From Lingula anatina (lineage: Eukaryota > Animalia > Brachiopoda), in contig CM120646.1 of NCBI GenBank assembly GCA_051362555.1, positions 22,320,001 through 22,384,000 of the forward strand: a stretch of DNA of 64,000 nt, in the 5' to 3' direction. Under the pieces are notes generated by a model that saw only the letters and a list, made by a program, of their open reading frames with translations, made no database searches and had not been told where the DNA came from. Both the position numbers and the translations under genes were made by a program. Below are positions 1 through 13,000 of this stretch, piece by piece (position 1 is the first letter of the stretch; each line of letters opens with the position of its first letter).

Positions 1-1630
1 GCTGATCGAGTGTTCTAATCAGTTTATACTTGGCTTGTCAAATTTATTTGAGTCATATAAGAATCTAGTAGAAGTGGTTTACATGTTTTACTGGGAATCC
101 ACGCTCCACCGATGCTCGGTTCGTATGTACCTAAATATGCTGTGATTTTACTCGACATTTGATAATACGCCCAAATGCGTCCTCCTTAACCCGGTGAAAA
201 GGGAGTATGACGGCGACTTTGATTAAGATTTAACCATTTGTGAAATGTTGCTACTTCTTCATTAGAACATTCTACAACATTGTTCGTCACAAGCTGAAAA
301 GGCTTTTCTTCTTTTAACACATAACCCAAAAAATGGTATTACTAACACATGGTATTTTTCTTATAGTGAATAATGGTAAACATACATTATGAAAATACTC
401 GACAATATTTTGTCAAAGAAACATAATGCGGTTGGTTTATATTGGAAAACTGTAGTGTACATTTCTGAGCGGGAAGTATACCTAACGATAAAGTTTATGT
501 GAGGTGGCAGTGTTGCTGAAACATAATGAACACTATTTATACTTTTAATGGCAAGATTTATTTTTACCAGAACTTTCTCTATTTATCTGTTTATATTCTA
601 TGTATTCCACTTCATTTCATTTTATTCTATTTTATTTCATTTCATAATATTTCATTTATCGTTGTTTGGAACGGTTTCCTGGGAGCTTATATAAATGTCA
701 TCATTCTATACAGAACAAAAGACTCTGAAAGTACATGTATTTTTACTAAGTCATATTACTCCATAGTGCATGCGCGCGTGTGTGTTAGCATGTGCGCATT
801 ACGTGTATTCCGCTAATTGCGTTTCATAATTCACGTAACACCTTGCCGTTCCCCTAGGCACGAACACCTCCGCGCATTTTTGTGCCCTGATCAGTTAAAT
901 CAATGTGCAGCTATATCACAGGGAGAAAGTTAGGGGGAAATGAAAAACCATCCCTTATTGATCCTGCGTTCACACCGAGACGTCTGGCACTATCAACGGG
1001 ACGCCCTTATAATTCGGTCGATTGCCGTTTTATCTATGGGATGAAATCAAGCCAGCATCAACCCCGACTGTAACAGCGTAGTTAGAATGGTTTTATCTCT
1101 GCAAGAGGCTTAATATGATTACAGCATATTACTATGAAGGAGAATAAATACAGATCGGTCGTACGATAGTTTCGAAAACATAGTAATGGAGATGGAGTAC
1201 GCTCAGCTGTTACCAATATCAAGTGTCGACAAGGTGCCGAGCTCGATGCAACTCCCTATTCGTAATCTGCGTGTAGCAATACCCTGTTTCGATTTACCCT
1301 GTCAAATTGTGTAATGTACCGATCGTATTGAATTAGCGTGTTTAGTAGTACGTTGCTTTAACTTTGATTTCTTGCGATCGGTTCAGGCATTGCCCTTTTG
1401 AAATTGCCGTCGCCCCTATGTTTCAAGGCATTTCGAATTATCGCCGCATGTACATCCAAATTGCATTCCGTCTAATATGGTAAATGTTAAGGTTATGCCA
1501 TTCACGTCTTACCTGGAAGATTTAGCTCAGATGACCTGATCGGCTGATGGTTCTGCGAACTTGAATGGCTGATGATATTTTTTCTCTTTTGAGAAAAAAA
1601 TTCCAAATACTTTTCTTATATATTATGGGT

Positions 1631-1633
<3 letters not shown>

Positions 1634-1681
<48 letters not shown>
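1634..1681. repeat. (CT)n microsatellite
   Basis: Read directly from the sequence. Confidence 0.95.
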
Positions 1682-1684
<3 letters not shown>

Positions 1685-4306
1685 AATATACAAAACAGCC
1701 AATATTCTTTTTCAGTTTAATTTACGGTTTGGAAAAAGGCAAGCACAAATGCATACCCAAAAATGCAAAAAAAATGTAAATCCCCACTTTAACGACATGG
1801 CTTTAGTCGGACACATACTCAAATCCCCGAAAATGGCTGCTAATTAATCGTTCGTAAAAGACACGGTTTTGTTAAGATACATTACCCAAACGTAAATAGT
1901 GCTCAGTATTCAAAAACGGCATCGGTTAGTTAATCATCTTGCTTTCAGCTGTCTGAAACCCTTCCCCACCCTGTGTATCAGAGGAAACAAGAAACTTCTC
2001 ACTCCTCCAATTTCGAGTGTCAATAAATGCTTGTTGATAGTAAAGATGCGAGTTTCCAATAATTCAGGGTGTATTCATCTGGCGATTTGGAGAAAAGAGT
2101 TCTGTTTAAAATCAAAGTGTTGCACCACTCTTATATCAAAGACGGCCACATGGGTATGGTTTCTGTATTTACAGGTGCGTTTCCACGTGTTATTATCTGA
2201 GATTAATCGATCGTAAATTCACGGCCTGAATGTTACATTTAGGTTATACTAGTACATGTATTATCTCAGAATAATTCAAACGTGTTAATGCTGCAATGCC
2301 AAAACTAAAAACGATACGAAAAATATTAGCAAAGAAATCAATGGATGGAGACATTAACCATTTTTGTGTAAAATCGGTGCAACTTCCGTACGCCCAATTT
2401 TCTTTACGCCATAAAGTAGCCATCTATAACTTTGATAACAATGTCCTCATTTTGCAAAGAAAAAAAAATGTACCTGCTCTTTCACATGATGCAGTCACAT
2501 GTGTTTTTGATAAGAAATTAATGCAGACTCGGTTGAGAGAGTATCGATAGGGAACTGTACGAATGTAACGCCATTTGTGATTACTGTAATTATCTGACCG
2601 CTACGTGCACCATGTGGTTTTCAACGGTTCACTTTATAAGTCGTGAAAACAAGTCGAGGATTTATAAAAAAAATACTGCTGCACCTGCCCATACATCAGG
2701 AACGTAGGGATTCTGAGGTTAATAATAGATACGAAGTCGAAGGAAAATGTGCTGATTATAACAGAAAATTGAAAGATGTGATCTACCTGTAAGTACAGAT
2801 GTTGAGTTGGAGAAAAAAGTAAGGGATATGCTAATGAAACCGCCTATCGAGTCGCCGGTCAAAACCTGAATTTGATACACTGCCTTTTCCATTGATTAGC
2901 GTGACTTTTAGACAACGAAACGGTCTTAATGGAAAATGGCGATTGCACACACACATTTATGTCATAAAAGCAAGCTTCTATAAAAAAGGTACAAATCCAG
3001 ATTGGGCATTTTTCCACTGAAAGACGTGGGGATGATTATGATTTTGCAGACCAGCTTATTAACACGAAAGGAGATATAAATTCTATAACATAATATGACC
3101 GGCTGACAAACCCTACACTCCTGTAGAACAAATTACGAATATGTGTTCAACTTTGATATAATATGATACATATATGCACTGGTATTTCAGCATAGAAAAA
3201 TTACTGTATTTACATATTAACCTGACCTCTACTATATGGCGCACTTAAAGTATTGGCAGTAAATTTTAGATCTTAAATAGGCACTATATTTCCTGAATTC
3301 GTAAAGGGACGGGGTAACTATGTTATTTTTGTTGAACTGCTAACCGGGCAAACCCGAGCTCGAGCTCAGTTATTGTGAAATATGCTTTATAAGAACATTC
3401 GTCTCAGTATTTCTGTAGATTATTTCTCCACCAACTCAATCAAAACAGATAACATCGTTTCCTCGGAATGTGCGTCTGGTCCGGCCATTGAACCTATTGC
3501 CACCGGGGCAGGTCTTCTTTGACCTTAGTACTTAGAAGTGTCGGAAGATTAGAAATTCCTGTCTATTCATCTTTTGAGGATATAAGTAAAGTGCTGAATG
3601 TTCATCAAGTACCACCGTGAAAGTTTGCTAGACATGTACCCCAGGAAGTTAATAAACAAATTTCACTTACTTGAAATGAATAAGTAAACAAAAATAAATA
3701 ACAAGATGACTGACTAATAAATAAATAAATAAATCAGTACATAAAAAATAAATAAATTAAGGATAAAGGGATAATTGACTAATATACGGTGGGCATTTGA
3801 TTAAAGCCATTCACTCTCATATCTTGATAGAATTAAAGCCTCAATCAGTGAACTTTGGCGTGAAATAGATGCAATGAATAAAAAAGCGTGGGCCAAGCAC
3901 CTAACTGAGCTTCACCTTAAGAACACGTTAATTAACCTCCCGTTTGGAGTAAGCGTAAACAACAAATTTGTTTTTCCATTCAATTTTATGATCCTTGAAA
4001 AATATGGGCCATATTTGCAAAAAACGTTTGCACAAAATAATGCTGCATTTTAATTCAGAACTCCAAAATCCACAAAAAGGTTCATTGTCTGCATAAAATT
4101 TTAAGGTTTAATTTCGCTTTAGGAATTGTAAAAGTTGCTCTCTTGGAGGTAGTTAGCACTGGGGTGTATAGAATCGTATATCGTCTGCCATGTACACAGT
4201 GCAGTGTACTTCAAATATGGATGTTCTCACATAAACGTTAAAACCAGCTTAATGTTTCCAGGTAAAAACAAATGTCCACTCGGTGCTCGATCTTATCAGT
4301 GACGTT

Positions 4307-6487
4307 CTAGATGCCAAAGTGTATTCCCGGACTCGCAAACTTTAGGCCATGCCCCTTACCCCCGCCCTCGTGGAGGTAGCGTCGTTTGAAGTGTGGGTCG
4401 GGGTGTCGTCTGCCATGATGGTGCTTAGTGTTCCGAATGTGTTCCTCTTCGTATTCCTTCTTATGTCTCCATTCTTCGTCTCTGTGTCGCTTGCTCTCTA
4501 TGTCGTCACCACCCATATCTTAAACAGAATTTCACGGCATCTGTGAGATTTTATTTTACAAGCTTGACGAACTGTTTTCTATCAAATTGTGAACACTTTA
4601 TGCTCGAAAACAGTAAACACTTTACATTCTTCAAAACAGAAACGAATTGTTAAGGTAAGATAAATTCTAAATCCGTTTCAAGTTCCTACAGCGCAAAGTC
4701 ATGGAAAACCTTTCAATAAATGTACATTATGCAAATATATGGATAAAAGTTAGTAAAGGAACGCAAATAAATGATTAAAAGCAGAAAATGGGTAAATAAA
4801 ATAATAAACAAATACATGGACAAAAAATATATATTAACAAGAATAACAAATATTTAGGGTAAAAATTAAAAGGAGTAAAATATTATTGTTGTATTGAGTC
4901 TCCGTATTGGCATTATGCCCTCTATTCTGGCAAGCTTTGGAAACTTATGGCAGACAAACACAAAACAACCCATTGCATGCTTTGTCAGTTTTAATTGATT
5001 CGACCGAAGCCAAAACCACCTGTTTAAGAGATGTGATAAAAGATGCAAGATAACCCAGACCTGTGGCGAAATTTGACCATTTTAGTGACCTCATTACAGG
5101 ATCGATAAAATGACCAAATTATTTAAAGATAAAATGTAGAAACCTGACACTTGTTGGTCAATAAACAATCCAAAATACACCAGAGTTTGCAGCAATACTA
5201 TTCAAACAATATAAAATGTAAAATACCTCGCTATGACCTAAATGACCTATCACATATCTCACCTTCCGTCTCTTAAAACGCTTTCCTGAAATCCCGCTAC
5301 ACCCTCTGTCGTGTCGAAACACACGGGAAATCAGGAGAGAGCCACCAAGCCTGTTGTCATAGTGCGGGTCTCAAAGCACTGTGCAGAGAAGTGTAGCCCT
5401 CACGATTTCTTTTCTCTTTTTTCCACACCATCTGCTCAACAGAATACCTTTAGCATGATAAACGACATCTACAGTACTGTCAATAATTGCAGAATTCGTG
5501 AAATCGCGGTTTGATACAGTATGCTCCACATACATGATAGGCGCAGATTGCGTTGATACTTTTGATCAGCACTGTATCCTCCCATATGTTGCAGGGCAAG
5601 GCATTTTGTTGGAAACCTAGAGTGCAACATGTGTTAGGGTAATTGCGGAATAATTGATTCCAATTGCAATAATTTCACGAAGGCGATGTTTCAGTTACAT
5701 GCAGTTATCTCCCCAGAACACTGCCATGGGATTCTTATACAGTATGAATTGTCATTAATCTGTATGTATGTGTTGAGGCGCAGGGCAGCTTTTCTAGAAC
5801 AGGTATCAGTGCGTTAACTCCAAGCAATGCCTTTTGGTTCTATTTTACATAATTAATTTAATAATAAACCGGAATTTTATCTCCAAATAGAAGCTAAAGG
5901 GAAATAAGGAAATTGAACAGGTTCCGCCTTCTTACTAATCATTGCTCGATCTTTCCCCGCATTTGATTTTATTTTATTCAATTTGTCATAAAATAATTTA
6001 TCTCTAATTGACTGCTCATTCACTTAGACCACCCTGTCACCCTGTGCATTTCAGTAGGAAGCATCGACATTAAGTCTTTAATCTGCGGGGTTTTATCTTT
6101 TTTTATGTCTGAATTGGGAAAGTTCAGTAGATTTGCAGGGATTGTAGACCTAAAATATGTCTTTGGGGTATTTTCAAACGAGGATAAGCAACCTTTCTAA
6201 AACGGTACTGGGTCATACCGACCTGATACCCGTCATAATGTATTAAAAGGTCGACGAGGGTATATAATCTTGGTGTTTAGAACACAAAATAGTCTGTCAG
6301 CGGAGATCCATAAGGGAGGGGCAGGCAAGGGGGGGATCTGACCAAAATAGCACACCAGAGGGGGTGATACGTTGTCATACCTGTCACAACCTCATTCCCT
6401 GTTGAAGTCTGACTGCAAGCAGGTGAAATATTGGATGGTAAGATCAGACAAATATAAGTAGCTATAGACAAAAGAATCCTCACAAGT
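4307..6487 (-). CDS. Weak candidate: small His-rich secreted peptide precursor (exons 6381-6487 and 4307-4518)
   Basis: Signal-like RILLSIATYICLILPSNISPA with a phase-1 donor CAG|GTATGA that matches a phase-1 acceptor tgtttaag| before the His/dibasic-rich ORF. No in-frame ATG found. Confidence 0.3.
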
Positions 6488-6554
6488 CTATAACTGAGTG
6501 TGTTTTCGTAAAGGCAGACAAATAATTACGAAACAGTTAAAACGTACCGGTACA

Positions 6555-6581
6555 ATTATAATCAAAATAATATTTTTTATT
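6555..6581 (-). terminator. Candidate polyadenylation signal of the mucin gene
   Basis: Minus-strand AATAAA at 6581-6576, followed by a GT/T-rich tract, about 1.2 kb past the stop codon. Confidence 0.4.
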
Positions 6582-7789
6582 AATTATTTGAATAGATATT
6601 TAATAGTGAAATCTCAATCTCTTGTAATAAAACTGAACAAATGTCAATTAACAGCATTTCCTGAATAACTAAAATACTCATTATGTGAAAAGAATTAAAT
6701 AACCAGGTGCTCTAATATAAAGTGTACATACAGTATACGCATCTATCTCATTTTAAAATATCAATTAAAGGTACATGTACATATAATAGAGTATAAAACA
6801 GTACCTAAAGACATATACCACCGGTTAGTAAAATCAGAATATTATTTTAAGTACATGAATACTATTTCATCAAAAGGTCGGCAGAGTCCAAAGATGACAT
6901 GTATCTGAAAACCTCAAATAAGTACGTTTTGGTCCCTTGAGATTTTAGGCACGCTGTAGAGTTTTCCCGTACTCCTTTAGTTTTAAATTACCTAAAAGTA
7001 GATGTGTATTCCAAGAGTACGATCCTATTGACTAATCACCCTACAGTTTATCTCTGCTTATTTGTTTCGCCAGCTTGAAGTGCTTCCTTGTTAGAATCTT
7101 CACGATATTAGCTTGCAGGACTTCCTGGTACGAATCTTCAGGATGGTAAATAATAAACACCTATTTTCACATCAAGTCTGTTTGGAAGAAAGTAAACCTT
7201 CCATGGAACCTCTATGACTTCGAAAATAGGCGCATCCGTTTGTTATTTTATCAAATACGTGCAGGTAACGTGATGATTGTATATTGTAAAGTACATTAGC
7301 GCCTTGTAATGTTTGCCTTTTATACGCCATCTTCTTAGATAATACATTGATACAAATAGCGTAAATTGTTAAAGGCATCTAGGAATGTCTCTTTAACTAA
7401 TTTGATTAATATATAACAAGTATAAAAGTTTTGGCATCACAGTTCTGATGAATCAGAACACAATGCACGGCGATTTGATTTATATATTGCTCAACGTATT
7501 CTGTTCTTTGTGAATACTTTAAAAAATTCCATCATATAAATACACTGGTACGTTCTTTAAAAATCACATATATCATAGAGCCCTCCCCTTAACTTTCGCA
7601 AAAGTATCGTCGGAATAAATGTGTTAGTTGTGCACGGAATACGATAAACAGTGTCTGTTAACATTACGTTAATCACAATATTGCATAACTATGTACATAT
7701 AGTACATATAAATGGAAGCTGTATCAAAGTCCGTGTACATTGCACAATGATTGTGTTAATCACAGCAGCTAGGGTGGACGTGGCTGTGT

Positions 7790-8378
7790 TCACGTGTAGC
7801 TCTCAGGGTGGAGACGAAGTTGTAGCTAAAAGAAAATGAGATCCGCACTTAAGGCGCTGTAAAACTCAACGATTATGTGTAATGTACTGATGAACTAACT
7901 GGAACGGAGTGAGTGTTTCATTTTGCTTAATGCGCAACTGAACAAAATTTTAACATGCTTACAATTAATATCACTCGAGATCGGTCTTCTTTTTACTATA
8001 TAGTTGATTGCTTTGCTGCATAATTTAATACATATTGCACATTTTTATCTATCTATCTATCTATCTGTTTAATTCATTTTCATTCTTAAACAATGCAATA
8101 TTTGTTTGTTTGTTTTTTATTTGGGGGATGTGCTGTTAAATTTTCCGTAGGAAAATGGCAAAAAGGTAAGCTTACCTCTCTCCCCCTTTTATTTTCTGGT
8201 GCATTCCCGATCTTTGGTCTCTCTATTTTAAACTCCCGCTGCGGGTGGAGAGTCCCCGTGAGCAACGTGTCCCAGCCAAAAAGATCAGACTCTGACTCTG
8301 AATACGATAAAAACAATGGGTAATAATCGGAATACATTGATATTTAGGCATCACATCATCATCATCATCATCATCACC

Positions 8379-8415
<37 letters not shown>

Positions 8416-9023
8416 CCGTATAAAATGTTCAGTAGACTTTACATGGGTAAAATGAACAGAATTAGATGAATAAAGTCAATAAATAAATAGGTAGTTAATA
8501 TATTGAGATATTAAATGTAAATAAACATATGGACAAAATACATGTATAATTTGACAACAATGTTTCCGATGCCTTCAACAAAATTATACAATTTTATATT
8601 AAATGTAACTTATCCAGCTGTCAAAAGCCATCTTGAATGTCACACGCCACTTAAAAGCAATAGAAACTACTATAATAACCGCACTTACTCAACATTTCTT
8701 TCACATATACCAGTATATATAAACATTAATGGACAGTATAACAGTATTCCTCATTCAGGATTCACGTGACACCCAAACCACGTGACATCTGACCCAGGTG
8801 ACACCTACCGTCTTTTCCGACCCAGTGATCCCTGTTTTCGTAAGCAGGGAGGACCCCGAACCGATCCCTGTGGAGGTGATCGTCACTGGAGCCCGAGCTT
8901 GAGCCGCGGCTACTGCTGACGGTGGTGGTACTGTGCACTCCTCCTCTGCCCAAATAGCGCCAGTAAGGGGTGTACTTGGGGTGAAAGACGCCAGTGGCTG
9001 GACCATAGGAATCTGCTAAATAC
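7790..9023 (-). CDS. Cytoplasmic tail exons (8809-9023, 8176-8297, 7790-7825)
   Basis: Phase-compatible chain: [24 protein letters not shown]...[13 protein letters not shown]|[13 protein letters not shown]...EFKIERPKI...GRE|[11 protein letters not shown]. Confidence 0.72.
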
Positions 9024-11240
9024 CTGCCGGGATTTACAAAAGACGCTGTAAGAACAGTGTTTTCCCCAAGACTAAGCAGTTTTTAAAATATTTAGATTAA
9101 TTCAAAATGTAATTCAACATATGAAACGAAATTCAATGCACAGAAGGTGCGCACATTAAACTAACTACACTAATTGCATTACGGTTCTGTATCTTTCTCG
9201 ATCATTTATTTGTCGCTGCTATTAATTTGCAAGCCGTGTTAATTGTGGCAAATATACAACATTTCGTGCCGACTTCTTACCTGCGGTACCTCTCCGAACG
9301 GTGCAGCCTCTTCTCTTTTGCCTTCCTTCTCTTAAAAATGATGACAGCGATGAGGATGCAAATGGCCACAATCAGCGCCACTCCGCCCACGGTGCTGGCT
9401 GCTACAATGGCGATCTCGTCCTGGGTCAGTCCCACCTTGGTCTCACAGAGGTCGCCACTGAATCCCGTCTCGCACCTAGAGACATTGAGATGTTATTTAA
9501 GTACAGTATATCGGATTATATAACTTGGGTGTAAGCATGTGTAAGCATCGGCGGTAATCAATTGCGATTTGTTTTTCGGACACCTACCAGCGCAGGGTAT
9601 GGAGACATAGAATCATATAACACAAACGGGCAAAGAGGGAAATTGTCAAAAATGAGCAGTAACACTGAATTTTCTTCTAATTTTCAGTAACACTGAATTT
9701 TCTTACGTTTTTTATTTTTTATTTTTATTTATATATTTATTAATTATTATTTTCGTTATTATTATTATTACTATTATTTGAATTTTGGCACTTATTAAAG
9801 ACGGTGGTATACTGTATTGAACTTCTGCAAAACTGAAACGAAATAAAAGGAAGAAACGAGAGTAAGACTTACTTGCAGTACCAGCGACCGCGAGTATCGT
9901 CCGGGTTACACTGGCCGTTGTTTTGACAGCCATATACTTCACAAGGTTTCAGGATTTCTGGAATGTTGAAGAAAATTTACTTTGACTGAACTTTGATTGT
10001 GATAACCGGCGTAACAATGCCAATTCGACTACATTGTAATTACCTTTTGTAGATTCGTAACACGTACATCCTCACGTTTTCTCATTGCAAGCCCCACATG
10101 TATGCATGTGCCGAACCTTAACATAATTTACATACTTTAACATAATTTGTGTATAATGCAACTTTAACATGGGCATGTTTAAGTCTCCAGTTTGGCTTAC
10201 CGCCAGCAAATGTTGGTGTTCCGATAACTGAGAACTCGGTTTCTCCGGAAGAAAGGGTATAACTATCACTCTTCAGTTTTTGCAGAATATACTCTTGCAC
10301 AATCCTTTTGTTTTCGTTGAGGTCTTGGCCAGTGGTGTTCACTTTAATCTGGTGTTCAACAAACAAGCTGCCATGGCTGAAATTGTGTTGTTTGATTTCA
10401 CTTTTAAAATGAGCAGTACAAAATATCATAAATATAATACAGAGCTTCTATATGTGTGTGCCGCTGTGAGTCTACATGTACGTGTCGCGAAACGGCTTGG
10501 GAATAACATAGTAGTTTGCCACAAATATTATATACGTCACCGAGTTTACCGTTATATTTTCTCAAGATTAATTTTCAACATTATGGCAGCATGTCAAATC
10601 GCAGACAATAACGACAGGGAGTATACATGTATAGGTATCAATCAATAAAAATGTACGCCACTTACATTACGCTTGTTATATTCAGATCTATGAAACCAGC
10701 TAGGGAATTGTAAAATGCTTTTAACTGAAAAACAAATAAAAAAACGGACGTTAACACTGTGTTTTATGCACAGACCGGACCATATGTCTCGGTTATGAGT
10801 ACTGAGCATATCCACATTTCCAATTCTTAAAAAATCAACACAAAAAGATGTCAAATAATTTAGAAATCTAGACACCAAAAAAGGTTTTAAAAATGCATGA
10901 CTTTAGCCTCTAAAAGTAACTATGCAAAGCTGGAAATTATAAAGATATCTAAATATGAATTCTTCATCCATTACAATTAACTATGCTTTAATTATTTGGG
11001 TATGGAGAACAAATATTAGCTTACGGCGCTGTCCAGGATATTAAACTCTGCCGAAGAGCGACTCAAGTATTTTGATGGATCCTTAACGCTCAGTGTTATA
11101 TTAACTGAAACAAAAGATCGAAAATATAATGTTAATGTCATATATCATTGTGAGCTGGTCTTATCTCCCTATAATCACACTGTTTCAACGAAAAAGGGAG
11201 GACTGGCTTGATTTTTAATCTATTTCTTTCTCAAGCACAC

Positions 11241-11276
<36 letters not shown>

Positions 11277-11298
11277 TATATACATATGCAAATGCACA

Positions 11299-11341
<43 letters not shown>

Positions 11342-12363
11342 TATATATACATATGCAAATGCACACACACACACACACACACACGAACGCACACACACAC
11401 ATGGCTAAAAACCAGAGGTGATATGCACCGTACATACCGGTATATTGCGTCTCTCTGTCACAGCTGGTGCCACTTCCGTAATAACCGGCTTTACACACGC
11501 ACCGGAAACTTCTCACAATGTTGATGCATGTGGCATTCTCATGACAATTGCCATTATTCAATAAACACTCGTTTATATCTGGAAAATACAAATAATACAG
11601 TTGTTTATCTTAGATGTCTTACATGATAATCGTTTCATCAAGAGAAAAGACGTTTTCTCGCTTTTCGTTGAGAATCATGCCGTATACTCATAACAATAAG
11701 TACAACAAATACTGCCGCAAAACACCAAATGATAATTAGGGATATAAGTAAAACAATCCAGCTATGGAGTTACATCTAAACATGGCATTTGCACGTTTAA
11801 ACAGCTAGCCTGACATCACGTCTCACCACACGCACGATGTCTTCTTAATTATATTGCAGGGACTAAGGCGGTGTTCGTCAGTTCACAGGATGATCTAACG
11901 CCACACGGGTGGCAAACGTACTTCAATTAACTTCCAAAAGTGCATTTGCTGTTATTCTAAATAACCGCCAAACCGACAGAGTGTGTGTGCATGTTTGTGC
12001 GCGTGTGTGTGGTTTGGTGCGTGCAAATCCAACATGTAACTCCTTCCATTGTAAACGCTTAAAGTTTAATATGTTATTTTAATATTAAAATACCTGTGAC
12101 ACCTCCAATCACCAGCGCAGGCGTGGTTAAGAGGGGGAACGGAGTTTTATTAAATGGGTCGAGTAACACGTTATTAATCTGCTGAACTTTCTCTAGGATG
12201 TACACAGAGATACTCCGAGCAGTCTCGCTCTCTGGGGCGTTAGTGTTCAGTTGGACGGTGAGATCAACCACCAAGCTGCCATTTCTAAAATGCAAGTAGA
12301 TTTTGTCATTTTTTTGTATAATCATACCATCTGTTTGCTTCATACGTTTGGTCAAATGATGGG

Positions 12364-12405
<42 letters not shown>

Positions 12406-12931
12406 TACACACACACACACAACCACACACACACACACACACACACAAGCACGCGCACACATATTTGTTACGCAATTCCATAATTACAAACAGATTATAC
12501 AATGCATGCACGTTTTAAATGTAGTTTTAGAATAAAACTCATCACAGTGACATTTAATGGTGAGCAATCTGATATCCCAGTAAATGGTAGTAGTATGATA
12601 AGTGTGAGGATGCATGTAGGCCTATTACTAAGAGATTTGAATGGTTCTAATGTCATCGATGTAACGTGACAGAGTCCCCCATGACAGGAAGTCCGCTTCC
12701 CATTCATTTGCACAGAAAAGCCTCGCCCTTGATTTTGACACACTTAGGTCAGGCTAACCCTAACCATTATAACTATATTGTGGGCGGACTCTCTGTTACA
12801 CGGACCCTCAGTTTGGTTACACCTGTAAATCTTGCTACATATGTATACGTGTACTTTTGGAAAAGTAGGAGAAGGGACAATACAATGTATCCCTCTATAT
12901 TGTATGTATTGTATCAAGAGTTGCCACTAAC

Positions 12932-13000
<69 letters not shown>

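Noticed and set aside
1513-1568. Possible minus-strand exon with a strong CAG|GTAAGA donor
   Set aside because: Purine-rich, poor acceptor and no partner exons or recognisable product.
5263-5431. Exon-like block with two in-frame TGA codons as a possible selenoprotein
   Set aside because: No UxxC/CxxU thioredoxin-like context, no SECIS recognised and no family similarity; chance or decay is more likely.
8755-9006. 83-aa minus-strand ORF as the cytoplasmic tail
   Set aside because: Wrong frame; the phase-2 splice from the TM exon uses the frame of the 8762-8953 ORF.
11208-11408. HT/CV-repeat ORFs
   Set aside because: Translations of (CA)n microsatellites.
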